DNA from: Rhodospirillaceae bacterium
GTDB lineage: Bacteria; Pseudomonadota; Alphaproteobacteria; Rhodospirillales; Rhodospirillaceae
DNA: 47,188 nucleotides
Assembly (NCBI GenBank): GCA_002691085.1
Contig: NZGX01000046.1
Coordinates: 2,364-49,551 of the forward strand
Direction of reading: 5' to 3'
How positions within the stretch are numbered: position 1 is the first letter of the stretch; each line of letters begins with the position of its first letter. Positions 19,412 through 29,123 of this stretch are shown in pieces. A model generated the notes under the pieces. The model did not search any database. It saw nothing but the letters and a program-made list of their open reading frames with translations, and was not told the DNA's origin. Made by a program: the position numbers and the translations under genes.

Positions 19412-20347
19412 CTACCTCTTCATATGCTGTAATTTAAACTTTTTTATTTTCATTAGAAAATTATCCCTCCACCTTTGTTTATTCTTAAGCTTATTTTTTG
19501 GTAAAGCAGCCCTTCTCTCTCTTTCAACCTTTTGGATAATTTCCTGATCCCACTGAAGAGGTTTATCTCTTGATTTAGCAATCGAGAAATAAAGATCACC
19601 TAATCTGTTTGCATAATCTGATATTCCCTCTGGTGCATTAAGATCAATTGTCTCAAATGGCCCCATAAAACTCCACCTCATACCAAGCCCCTCAGAGATT
19701 GTCTTATCAATATCATCTAGAGATGCATAACCATCTCTATATAAAGCCCATGCCTCGTTAAGAAGTGCACCCTGCAACCTATTAAGAATAAACCCATCAA
19801 TCTCTTTATTTATTCTAATTGGTTTCTGTCCAACTTCATTCATAAGATTATAAGTAAAGTCAATTGACTCCTCAGAAGTCCATAAAGATGGAACAATCTC
19901 GACAAGAGGAATCAAATAGGGAGGGTTAACAGGATGAGCCACTATGAAACGATTTTTATAATACACATCCCTAGAAAAATTAGATGCAGTAATACCTGAT
20001 GAAGAACTTGCTATAACAATATCTGGAGTTACAATTTTATCCAAATGATTCATAAGCTCAGTCTTTAATTTTACCTCTTCAAAAATACTTTCTTGAACAT
20101 AAGAAACTCCCAGAACAGTTTCTTCTAAAGAGCTAGATACTTTTATTTTATCAATTATGTTACTACCTTCTTTAATAAGCCCATTAGACTCCAAGTCTAC
20201 CAGGCAATCTTCAACTGTCTTGATAAACGTTGACCTTTTACTCTTGTCTTCATCAAAAACATTAACTGAATATCCAGATCTAGCAAAAACAATTGCCCAT
20301 CCTGATCCTACAAAACCCGCACCAATTAATGCAACTTTAGAAAACAT
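19412..20347 (-). CDS. 3-hydroxyacyl-CoA dehydrogenase family protein (L-carnitine / L-gulonate 3-dehydrogenase-like)
   Basis: 311 aa with an N-terminal Rossmann motif (VALIGAGFVGSGWA) and the 3HCDH C-terminal domain pattern (RL-x-AL-x-NEA). Confidence 0.7.
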   Translation of the reverse strand: MFSKVALIGAGFVGSGWAIVFARSGYSVNVFDEDKSKRSTFIKTVEDCLVDLESNGLIKEGSNIIDKIKVSSSLEETVLGVSYVQESIFEEVKLKTELMNHLDKIVTPDIVIASSSSGITASNFSRDVYYKNRFIVAHPVNPPYLIPLVEIVPSLWTSEESIDFTYNLMNEVGQKPIRINKEIDGFILNRLQGALLNEAWALYRDGYASLDDIDKTISEGLGMRWSFMGPFETIDLNAPEGISDYANRLGDLYFSIAKSRDKPLQWDQEIIQKVERERRAALPKNKLKNKQRWRDNFLMKIKKFKLQHMKR

Positions 20348-20359
20348 AAGCTTAAAACC

Positions 20360-21646
20360 TCATCTATTGGAATAACGTTTTACTCTTAAATCACACTGTT
20401 TCTTATGACCAAAAAATTTTTCAATCTCACATAACCTTGAGCCATAAGAGCCAATTATTTTAGATGCCTCTTCAGTACACCTCTGGTAGGTACACGTTTT
20501 GATAAATTTACCAACCCAGAGACCGCCAGTAAATCTGGCAGACTTATTAGTTGGCAATGTGTGATTTGTTCCTATTACCTTATCTCCATATGCAACATTT
20601 GTTTCCTTACCTAAGAAAAGGGCACCATAATTTCTAAGGTTTTCTAACCACCAATCCAAATCATCTGCAAACACCTGAACGTGTTCTGAGGCTATACCGT
20701 TTGCGTGAGAAAGCATCTCATCATTATCACTACATAGGATTATTTCACCGTATTTAGACCATGCTTCTCCAGCAATTTCAGCTGTTTCTAAAATTTTAAG
20801 CTGCTTCTCAATTTCTAAAACTGTCTCGCTAATTACCCTTTGAGAGGTTGTTATAAGAATTGCAGGAGATGTAGGGCCGTGCTCTGCTTGCCCCAAGAGA
20901 TCAGTAGCTACCATCTCACCATCTGCGGTATCATCTGCAATGATTAATACCTCTGTTGGGCCAGCCAAAAGATCTATCCCTACCCTTCCATAAAGCTGCC
21001 TTTTTGCCTCAGCAACATAAGCATTGCCTGGTCCAACTATCATATCAACTTTCTGTATCTCTTTAGTGCCTAGCGCCATACCTGCGATAGCCTGAACACC
21101 GCCTATGAGGTATATCTCATCAACACCAGCAAAATGCATTGCTGCAATAGTGGCTGGATGGGGGTCTAGTCCATCTTGAGGGGGCGTTGAAGCGATAACT
21201 CTTCTACATCCAGCAACACGAGCTGTAATTATACTCATGTGAGCTGAAGCAACCATTGGATATCTCCCACCTGGTACATAACAACCGACGCTATCAATGG
21301 GTATATTTTTATGACCTAAAACAACCCCAGGAAAGGTCTCGACTTCAGTATCAGATATGCTCTTCATTTGAATTTCAGCAAAATTTCTAATCTGATCTTG
21401 AGCAAACTTAATATCTTTAAGAGTCTGCTCCTGGAGGCTATCAACACATTTAGCTATATCACTATCAGACATTCTAAAACTTGTACCTGTAAAATTATCA
21501 AATTTTTTTGCATACTTAATTAAAGCATGGTCTCCATTATTAGAGATATCATCTATAATGCCTGCAACTGTTTGGATTACATCCACTAAATTATTTGAAC
21601 TAGTACTATTATTTATATCATTTGCTCTTTTTATATATTCAACCAT
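20360..21646 (-). CDS. Histidinol dehydrogenase family protein (HisD or a HisD paralog)
   Basis: 428 aa. Contains GCYVPGG, GGVQAIAGMALGT, VGPGNAYVAEAK, AGPTEVLIIAD and LLGQAEHG motifs. There are no other his genes nearby. Confidence 0.8.
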   Translation of the reverse strand: MVEYIKRANDINNSTSSNNLVDVIQTVAGIIDDISNNGDHALIKYAKKFDNFTGTSFRMSDSDIAKCVDSLQEQTLKDIKFAQDQIRNFAEIQMKSISDTEVETFPGVVLGHKNIPIDSVGCYVPGGRYPMVASAHMSIITARVAGCRRVIASTPPQDGLDPHPATIAAMHFAGVDEIYLIGGVQAIAGMALGTKEIQKVDMIVGPGNAYVAEAKRQLYGRVGIDLLAGPTEVLIIADDTADGEMVATDLLGQAEHGPTSPAILITTSQRVISETVLEIEKQLKILETAEIAGEAWSKYGEIILCSDNDEMLSHANGIASEHVQVFADDLDWWLENLRNYGALFLGKETNVAYGDKVIGTNHTLPTNKSARFTGGLWVGKFIKTCTYQRCTEEASKIIGSYGSRLCEIEKFFGHKKQCDLRVKRYSNR

Positions 21647-21692
21647 ACTGCCTCTGAATTATGATTTATAATTAACTTATTTTTATAAAATA

Positions 21693-22952
21693 TTAACAGA
21701 AAATAGAATCAGCTATTTCAGAATAACCGGGAATATTACCAGAATCACCAACCACAGAAAGTGTAGGCTTTGAAGAAAAGACTTTTTGCGAAGCTCGCTC
21801 AATACTTTTTATACAAACATCATCTATCTTTGATAAGATTTCTTTATTTTCTAATAATTTTCCAAATAAAAGTACTTGCCTTGCATAATGAATACATCGC
21901 CCATCCACACTCTCTAGACTCATTAATAAAGAAGACTTTAATTGCGCCTTTGCCCTCTTAATTTCTTCTAATTTTAAATTAGAGGAAATAGCGCTAATTT
22001 CTTTACACAAAATTTTGATTAATTGATTAGAATTATCAGGAGTAGTCCCAGCATAAACTGATAAGAGTGATGAGTTGTCTTGTGCTGAAACTGAAGAGAA
22101 AACAGAGTAAGCTAGAGCATGCCTCTCTCTTACCTCCTGAAAAAGACGAGATGACATTCCCTCTCCAAGAATTACTGACAGTGCTGCTAAAGAATAAAAA
22201 TCTGGGTGATGAACATTATAGCCATTAAAACCCAGAGCTATTTGTAACTGTTCAATTTTTTTTGAAACTCTATTATTGCCTCCTATATATTCAACTGGGG
22301 CAACTTCAACACTTTTTCCTAATTTAGTTTCATGAAAGTATGACTCAAGCAGGTCAATAAAATCATCTTTTTCAAAGTTTCCTGAACAAGAAATAATAGT
22401 ATTAGAAGAAACATAAAATATTTCTAAATATTTCTTAAGGTCATGAACTTTAATTGACCTAACAGAATCTAAAGTTCCAAGAATAGGGTATCCTATCGCT
22501 TGGTTTGGGTAAGCAGTTGATTGAAGGTAATCGTAAACTATATCTTCTGGCGTATCAAATGATTGATGAATTTCTTGAATGACTACTTCTTTTTCCTTTA
22601 AAAACTCTGACTCATCTAATTGAGGGTTAAGAAAAATATCTGAAAGTATATCCACCGAAAGCCTTATGTCTCTTTTTAAAACCTTTGCATAAAAAGCGGT
22701 ATGGTCTCGACTAGTGTAAGCATTCAAATGGCCACCAATATCATCCATTTCCATTGCAATTTGATAAGCATTCCTATTTCTAGTACCCTTAAAGACCATA
22801 TGCTCTAATAAATGGGAGATACCATTTAGTTCTAGAGACTCATTTCGTGAACCAGAACCAATACAAACTGCCAATGCAACTGTATCTACTGCCTTATTAA
22901 TATCAGTTACTACTCTTAGTCCATTTGATAATACTGTCATTTCAGCAGACAT
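21693..22952 (-). CDS. M16 family zinc peptidase (pitrilysin / processing-peptidase-like)
   Basis: 419 aa with the inverted zincin motif HLLEHMVFKGT. Confidence 0.85.
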   Translation of the reverse strand: MSAEMTVLSNGLRVVTDINKAVDTVALAVCIGSGSRNESLELNGISHLLEHMVFKGTRNRNAYQIAMEMDDIGGHLNAYTSRDHTAFYAKVLKRDIRLSVDILSDIFLNPQLDESEFLKEKEVVIQEIHQSFDTPEDIVYDYLQSTAYPNQAIGYPILGTLDSVRSIKVHDLKKYLEIFYVSSNTIISCSGNFEKDDFIDLLESYFHETKLGKSVEVAPVEYIGGNNRVSKKIEQLQIALGFNGYNVHHPDFYSLAALSVILGEGMSSRLFQEVRERHALAYSVFSSVSAQDNSSLLSVYAGTTPDNSNQLIKILCKEISAISSNLKLEEIKRAKAQLKSSLLMSLESVDGRCIHYARQVLLFGKLLENKEILSKIDDVCIKSIERASQKVFSSKPTLSVVGDSGNIPGYSEIADSIFC

Positions 22953-22966
22953 ATTAATCTCTTTTT

Positions 22967-24361
22967 TTATAGACTAGCATTTGAATAAATATAGTCTTTT
23001 ACTAAATCTAGATTATTTGGAAGAACATTATAATCTTCCTTTAAATTATATAAATCTTTTATAGAGTCTGGCAAAGAAGGGCTTCTTCCAACGGCAGACT
23101 TAACTGCATCTGGAAATTTTGATGGATGTGCTGTCGAAAGTACTACTAATGGATCATCTAACATATTGGGGAAATTATCTATCGCACCCAATCCAACTGC
23201 AGTATGGGGATCTAAAATATATTGCGACTCATCGAAAGTTCTTTTCATGATAGATTTAGTTTCCTCGTCATCCAATTTATAAGCCTCAAAATTTGATTTT
23301 ATTTTTTTAAATATTTCAGGGTCAACTGTGAAACATTTTTTTTCGGAAAAATCTCTCATCAAGTTATTAATCTTAAGATGGTCACCTTTATAAACATCAT
23401 AAAGTAAACGCTCAAAATTAGATGAAACTTGAATATCCATTGCGGGACTAATTGTTGGAACTACATCTTTAATTATCATTGAACGATTAGAAAAAAACCT
23501 AGTTAATATATCATTATTATTTGATCCAATATAAAACTTACTTATAGGAAGACCTATTTTTTTTGAACAATATCCTGCAAACACATTACCAAAGTTTCCT
23601 GTTGGAACAGAAAAAGATACACTCTTATTTAGAGCCCCGATAGATAATACTGCATAGAAATAATATACAATTTGGAAAAGAATTCTTGCCCAGTTAATTG
23701 AATTAACAGCAGACAGATTAAGCTTTTCTCTAAAACTTTCATCTTTAAACATTAATTTAACCAGAGATTGACAGTCATCAAAAGTACCCTTTATGGCAAT
23801 ATTAAAAACATTGGGAGAATTAACTGTTGTCATCTGTCTTCTTTGAACTTCAGAAACACGGCCCTCGGGATGAAGAATAAAAATATTCATACCGGACCTA
23901 TTTGCACATGAGGAAATTGCTGCTGAACCAGTATCTCCCGAAGTAGCTCCTACAATATTTATATTTCTATTATTTTTTGATAATATATTTTCGAAAATGC
24001 TACCTATAACCTGAAGTGCATAATCTTTAAAGGATAGGGTAGGCCCATGGTATAGCTCCATAATCCAGATATTTTCTTTTAGCTGTCTGATAGGAGCAAC
24101 TTTTGAGTGATTAAAAGATTTATATGTTTCAATAATGATTTCTTGTAAGTTATTTTGAATTATTGAACCTTGAATAAATGGATAGATAATCTTTGTTGCT
24201 AATTCCCCATATGATAAACCCTTCATTTTTCGTATCTCTGAATCAGAAAAATAAGGCCATTCATTAGGGATATATAACCCACCATCATTTGCAAGGCCCG
24301 TCAATAAAACATCATCAAAGCCTAAATGCGGAGCGGATCCTCTTGTTGAACAATATTTCAA
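22967..24361 (-). CDS. thrC: Threonine synthase
   Basis: 464 aa with a TTG start. Canonical MKYCSTRG N-terminus and the PLP-lysine motif PTLSFKD. Confidence 0.9.
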   Translation of the reverse strand: MKYCSTRGSAPHLGFDDVLLTGLANDGGLYIPNEWPYFSDSEIRKMKGLSYGELATKIIYPFIQGSIIQNNLQEIIIETYKSFNHSKVAPIRQLKENIWIMELYHGPTLSFKDYALQVIGSIFENILSKNNRNINIVGATSGDTGSAAISSCANRSGMNIFILHPEGRVSEVQRRQMTTVNSPNVFNIAIKGTFDDCQSLVKLMFKDESFREKLNLSAVNSINWARILFQIVYYFYAVLSIGALNKSVSFSVPTGNFGNVFAGYCSKKIGLPISKFYIGSNNNDILTRFFSNRSMIIKDVVPTISPAMDIQVSSNFERLLYDVYKGDHLKINNLMRDFSEKKCFTVDPEIFKKIKSNFEAYKLDDEETKSIMKRTFDESQYILDPHTAVGLGAIDNFPNMLDDPLVVLSTAHPSKFPDAVKSAVGRSPSLPDSIKDLYNLKEDYNVLPNNLDLVKDYIYSNASL

Positions 24362-24433
24362 AAAAAACTCCTAGAAAATACCGAGATAAAATCTTTTATT
24401 AATAAAAAATATAACTTTATATTTAATCTTTAC

Positions 24434-25456
24434 CTATTTACAATACCTATTAAAAAAATCAACGTATGCTGAGACTATATTATCTTCTGAAAAGGTATTA
24501 TTCGCCTCCTCCCAACCATTCTCAACTATTTTCGTCTCTAATTCTTCTGAATTATTCAATGAGATAATTGAAGAAGCTATCGCATCTGCATCATCTTTAG
24601 GAACCAATATTCCATTTCTATTGTCTCCAATTAAAAAACCTGGCCCTTCAGTTTTAGTTGAAATCACAGGTGTTTTTGAGACCCAGCAATTGAGAACAAC
24701 GTTACCAAAAGGCTCTTCATGGGAAGTAATAAGACATACATCCGCAAGATTCAATAATGCATCCCTATCTTTACGCCACCCCAGAAAACGAACTCTCTTT
24801 TCTAAGTTGAGTTCCCTTGATAAAGAATTAAGCGATGGTTCTAGTGATCCCTCTCCAGCAATTAATAAAAAGGAATGAGGTATCTTTGAAACTGCACGAA
24901 TTGCCAAATCAATTCCCTTTCTTTCCTCTAACCTTGAAAGAACTAAAACGATTATAGAATCATTAGGAATATCAAAATCTTTCCTATTAAGAGGTGTAAA
25001 AGTATTAATAGGTGAAAAATTTGGGATATAGTGAACTTTATCAGATGGCCAGCCACTTTTAATACAATAATCAACTAGATGCGTTGTATTGCAGATAAGA
25101 CGGTCACAATGCCTAAAGTTTTTTAAATTATAGTATCCTCCCAACCTACCAATCTTAAGGCATGAATGATAGGGAATATAACTTGCACCCCTGCTCATCC
25201 AGCCCAAAATTATATCTGGATTAGTTTTATTAATTATTCTATTGACTTTTGTTCTAGATAAAATATCCCATATTTTACCTAGTCGTAATGTAGATACAGC
25301 ACAGCCTAGATTCATAAATAGACTTACCCTCTCTTCATAAGGCCGGGTTATTATATGCTGTTCAATCCCCCTCCTGCTTAAAGAGCTTACGAGATCCTCA
25401 CAAAACTTTTCCGCACCTCCATGTGGGTTACCACCAATTATGTGAATTAATTTCAT
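24434..25456 (-). CDS. GT4-family glycosyltransferase (LPS core/surface glycan)
   Basis: 340 aa with a GT-B fold pattern and an E-x7-E-like motif (SHEEPFGNVVLNCW). Confidence 0.8.
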   Translation of the reverse strand: MKLIHIIGGNPHGGAEKFCEDLVSSLSRRGIEQHIITRPYEERVSLFMNLGCAVSTLRLGKIWDILSRTKVNRIINKTNPDIILGWMSRGASYIPYHSCLKIGRLGGYYNLKNFRHCDRLICNTTHLVDYCIKSGWPSDKVHYIPNFSPINTFTPLNRKDFDIPNDSIIVLVLSRLEERKGIDLAIRAVSKIPHSFLLIAGEGSLEPSLNSLSRELNLEKRVRFLGWRKDRDALLNLADVCLITSHEEPFGNVVLNCWVSKTPVISTKTEGPGFLIGDNRNGILVPKDDADAIASSIISLNNSEELETKIVENGWEEANNTFSEDNIVSAYVDFFNRYCK

Positions 25457-25550
25457 TAATTAATCTCATATTATCTAAAAAAAATGTATCCTATACTAAT
25501 TAGCTGATGATACACTAGTAAATTAAATATAACTTTTATTCTATATTCTT

Positions 25551-26444
25551 ATGACAATAATAAGTATGAAAAAAAATATTCTATATTTTTTTCAAGCACA
25601 AATCACTTATGCTTTCCTATTTATGTTTAGCTTACTACCAATAAATCTAACATCTTATCTTGGTGGTATAATAGGAAGAGCTGTCGGGCCTTTATCCAAA
25701 GCTCATAAAATTGCACAAAATAATTTAATCATTGCCTTCCCTGAAATGTCGCCTAGAGAGCATAAAAAAATTCTTGCTGATTCGTGGGATAATTTTGGTC
25801 GAGTTATGACAGAATATGCCCACTTGAAAAAATTATCTCAGGAACAAGAAAAAGATAGGATACAAATTGAAGGACTTGAAAACCTTCAATACCTTAGCGC
25901 AAATAAAGAACCGTTTATTATTTTCTTTGGGCATCTTGGAAACTGGGAAATAAATGGCTTGTCCTCAATGCTAACAAATAAAACCTCATCCATTGTATAC
26001 CGCCCCCCCAATAACCACTTTATTGCACAAAAACTTTTACAGATAAGAAACCTTGACCAAGAAACACTAATACCAAAAGGAAATGAAGGGGCAATTAAAG
26101 CAATAAAAAGAATTAAAGAAAATGGTATTTTGTTGATGGCAATAGATCAAAAAATGAATAACGGCTTACCAATTAATTTTTTTGGGAAAGAAGCCATGAC
26201 AGGAGATGCAATAGCAAGAATTGCCCTGCGTTATAAATGCCCTATCTTACCACTTCGGTCTCAAAGGTTAAATGGCTGTAACTTTAAACTAACTTTTGAA
26301 CAGCCGTGGCTCTATGATACTTACAAAAAGGATAACCCTGAGAATATTCTTTTAAAAATTAATAAAACCCTTGAGCGCTGGATTAAAGATGAGCCAAATC
26401 AATGGCTATGGTTTCACAATCGCTGGCCTAAAATAAATATTTAG
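25551..26444 (+). CDS. Lipid A biosynthesis lauroyl/myristoyl acyltransferase (LpxL/HtrB family)
   Basis: 297 aa with an N-terminal TM helix and the catalytic H-x4-E style motif FFGHLGNWEI. Confidence 0.8.
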   Translation: MTIISMKKNILYFFQAQITYAFLFMFSLLPINLTSYLGGIIGRAVGPLSKAHKIAQNNLIIAFPEMSPREHKKILADSWDNFGRVMTEYAHLKKLSQEQEKDRIQIEGLENLQYLSANKEPFIIFFGHLGNWEINGLSSMLTNKTSSIVYRPPNNHFIAQKLLQIRNLDQETLIPKGNEGAIKAIKRIKENGILLMAIDQKMNNGLPINFFGKEAMTGDAIARIALRYKCPILPLRSQRLNGCNFKLTFEQPWLYDTYKKDNPENILLKINKTLERWIKDEPNQWLWFHNRWPKINI

Positions 26445-26445
26445 T

Positions 26446-27426
26446 ATGGAAGATCACTTCAATGAAAGATTATCTAACCCTTGTCCATTATGCGGTAGTA
26501 ATACCCTCAAGACAGTAAGTAATCTTGATAGAAAAGGAACCTTTTTGAGGACAGATATCTGCCTTTGCTGTGGTCATGTTTTTTCAAATCCACCACCAAC
26601 AGCTAGAGAGTTAGACTTATTCTATAATAAAAATTATCGTAAAGCCTATAAGGGCACTTCACATCCAAGGAAGAAGCATATTATACGGTCCGGGCAAAGA
26701 GCCATAGAAAGATATAACCAAATAAAACCATTCCTAAGAAATAACAGTAAGGTACTAGAAATAGGTTCAGGCTCAGGTGAATTTTTGTTTTTACTTAAAG
26801 AAAAAGGACATATTGTAAAAGGAATTGAACCAAATAGAGGCTTTGCAGAGTTTTCTAAGACAAATTATAATATTGATATTTTAATAAATAAATTTGAAAA
26901 CTTTTCTACAAATAGCACCAAATGGGATTTCATTTTTCTGTATCATGTCCTAGAGCACCTTTTGGACCCAATAGAATCACTGAAACACATATCAAAATTA
27001 CTTCATCAAAATGCTTTTCTAAATTTAGAAGTTCCAAATGTAGAATCTAAATACCATTCCCCAAAAAGACTTTTTCATTTTGCACACCTTCATAATTTTT
27101 CTTTAGATGGACTAATCTTTACTCTTAGCCAAGCTAATCTTGAGGCTATTGAAATAAAAAAGATGCCTAACACAGGACATATTAATGCAATATGTAAAGC
27201 AAAAAATTTAGAAGCTAAAAAACCTACAGTTATTGTGGCAAATAGAATTAACATGCACTTATTAAGCTATAATTCTTTAACTGATATACTTTCTCTTAGA
27301 CCCTATCGTCGTTTCTTTGATAATTTAAAAAGACCCTTTAGAGAATACTTAAAATTGATATTAATTGGTTATTCAAAAACACCTTCATCATTACTAAAAA
27401 CTTTATTCAAAAAAAACAATCTATAG
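26446..27426 (+). CDS. Class I SAM-dependent methyltransferase with an N-terminal 4-Cys zinc ribbon
   Basis: 326 aa. CPLCGS...CLCCGH pairs, then SAM motif I (VLEIGSGSGEF). Confidence 0.7.
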   Translation: MEDHFNERLSNPCPLCGSNTLKTVSNLDRKGTFLRTDICLCCGHVFSNPPPTARELDLFYNKNYRKAYKGTSHPRKKHIIRSGQRAIERYNQIKPFLRNNSKVLEIGSGSGEFLFLLKEKGHIVKGIEPNRGFAEFSKTNYNIDILINKFENFSTNSTKWDFIFLYHVLEHLLDPIESLKHISKLLHQNAFLNLEVPNVESKYHSPKRLFHFAHLHNFSLDGLIFTLSQANLEAIEIKKMPNTGHINAICKAKNLEAKKPTVIVANRINMHLLSYNSLTDILSLRPYRRFFDNLKRPFREYLKLILIGYSKTPSSLLKTLFKKNNL

Positions 27427-27462
27427 CTTAGTATTGATTTTCTCACAAATAAATTTAAAAAT

Positions 27463-27780
27463 TTATGCTGGAGGCGCAACTTTTAGAACTAAACCATCTA
27501 GTTTATCATCTATAAAAATTTGGCAGCTAAGGCGTGACTCAGACTCAACATAATATTGCTCATCTTCAAGAAGTTCGATTTCCTCATCAGACATCTCATT
27601 TATACGATCTCGCCATTCCTGATCAATATAAACATGGCACGTTGCACATGAACAACAGCCTCCACATATAGCTTCAATATCTAAGTCGTTATCCCTAATT
27701 ACCTCCATAAGTGAGTCACCAGCATCCGCATCTAGGTCATGCTTCTCACCATTACGATCAGTTACATAAATTTTTGGCAT
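27463..27780 (-). CDS. [2Fe-2S] ferredoxin, adrenodoxin/putidaredoxin type
   Basis: Cys pattern CGGCCSCATCHV plus a distal Cys in LSCQI. I use the ATG at 27780 (MPKIYVTDRNG), because the 18-codon upstream extension in the track has no family support. Confidence 0.85.
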   Translation of the reverse strand: MPKIYVTDRNGEKHDLDADAGDSLMEVIRDNDLDIEAICGGCCSCATCHVYIDQEWRDRINEMSDEEIELLEDEQYYVESESRLSCQIFIDDKLDGLVLKVAPPA

Positions 27781-27937
27781 AAAAACTCCATAAAGACACA
27801 AATTTGCACTGTTAATAATGACTACTAAATGCAAAAATAAATATAAAAAAATACTTTAAAAATAGATAGTCTTAATACAATGTAAAAAACAATAATTCAA
27901 TAATATAGAAACTATCTCAAAATAAAATGGAGTAGGT

Positions 27938-28297
27938 ATGGAAGAATCGGAAATCATAAAACTCGCAAATTCAAAAGCAAAAGGAAAGAGGCCATTTTTT
28001 TATAAAGATACTGCAGTTGAGAGAGTCCTCTCTGTAACTATGGCCATTGCTACGGAACTTGCAGTAACAAGAGACCGTCTTGATACTGTTGAAAGACTGT
28101 TAGAAAATGAAGTACCTGTTACAAAAAAAAGCATTGATTCTTATGCTCCGGATGATGAAATCCTCAAGGAAAGACAACAATGGCAAGCAAATTATATTTC
28201 TAGAATTTTGAGGATTTTTCAACAAGAGAATGAAGGGGTTGAAGACATAAGTGAAAAAAGCTCAGAAGAATTAGCAGATTTTAATTTAGATCAATAA
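27938..28297 (+). CDS. Hypothetical protein (helical, acidic C-terminus)
   Basis: 119-aa ORF with AGGT upstream. Transcribed divergently from the ferredoxin. I recognised no family. Confidence 0.4.
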   Translation: MEESEIIKLANSKAKGKRPFFYKDTAVERVLSVTMAIATELAVTRDRLDTVERLLENEVPVTKKSIDSYAPDDEILKERQQWQANYISRILRIFQQENEGVEDISEKSSEELADFNLDQ

Positions 28298-28310
28298 TAC
28301 AGTTGAACAC

Positions 28311-29102
28311 TTACCCAAGCTTATTAAGAATTCTTGCAGTTTCGTCTGGTGCAGTAATCATTAAATCATGACCAGTATCAATCAGCACATAACTCCAGGT
28401 ATCGTCATTTTCAATCAAATCTAGCACTGGATCGTTCTCACCATTTACTATTCTTGGGTTTTTTTTACATCTCACATAAATTTTCGGTATTCCTTCAATG
28501 CCATTGCCAATATATATAACCTTTTCTGTCAGGGTTGGTAAGGGATGTGGAACTAAGTTAGCCTTTAACCAATCGTAATTCTTGTGATTTTTAGGTACGC
28601 CCAAGAAGGTATCAATGTTTGGTAATTCCATTAAATAACCCTTGTTAGCTGCCTTCATTCTTTCCTCTCCAACAGCACTTGGAAGAAATGCCTTGCCATT
28701 AGTTGGCAGAACAGCATCAAGATAAACTAAATTTAAGAGCTTATCTGGGATTCTATCAGCAACTACACTTATAACGTGACCTGCATAAGAATGCCCGACC
28801 AAGATTACATTATCTAAGCTCTCATATCGAATAAGATTGATAATATCTTCGACATGTGTGGATAGATTGATATTTTTATTTGATAAATGAACTCTGTCTC
28901 CCAGACCAGTTAGAGAAGGGGTATAGACCACATGCCCCATAGAAATTAATTTCGATTTTACGAACTTCCAACACCATCCCCCATGCCACGCACCATGAAC
29001 AAGAACATATGTTTTCTTTTTTGGAACCATCTTACTTTGTGCAATCACCTGATTTATGAATAGAAAAGTTGGTAAAGCGCTAAAAAAACTTCGCCTAATC
29101 AT
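28311..29102 (-). CDS. Alpha/beta hydrolase (esterase-like), exported
   Basis: 263 aa with a signal-like N-terminus, an oxyanion HGAWHGGW motif and a nucleophile elbow (VGHSYAG). Confidence 0.75.
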   Translation of the reverse strand: MIRRSFFSALPTFLFINQVIAQSKMVPKKKTYVLVHGAWHGGWCWKFVKSKLISMGHVVYTPSLTGLGDRVHLSNKNINLSTHVEDIINLIRYESLDNVILVGHSYAGHVISVVADRIPDKLLNLVYLDAVLPTNGKAFLPSAVGEERMKAANKGYLMELPNIDTFLGVPKNHKNYDWLKANLVPHPLPTLTEKVIYIGNGIEGIPKIYVRCKKNPRIVNGENDPVLDLIENDDTWSYVLIDTGHDLMITAPDETARILNKLG

Positions 29103-29123
29103 TAAGCTTAATCCTCATTAGAA

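Noticed and set aside
27781-27834. 18-codon N-terminal extension of the ferredoxin ORF (MHLVVIINSANLCLYGVF)
   Set aside because: Ferredoxins of this type start close to the MPKI(T/Y)V motif. The extension is hydrophobic and has no family precedent, so the ATG at 27780 is preferred.
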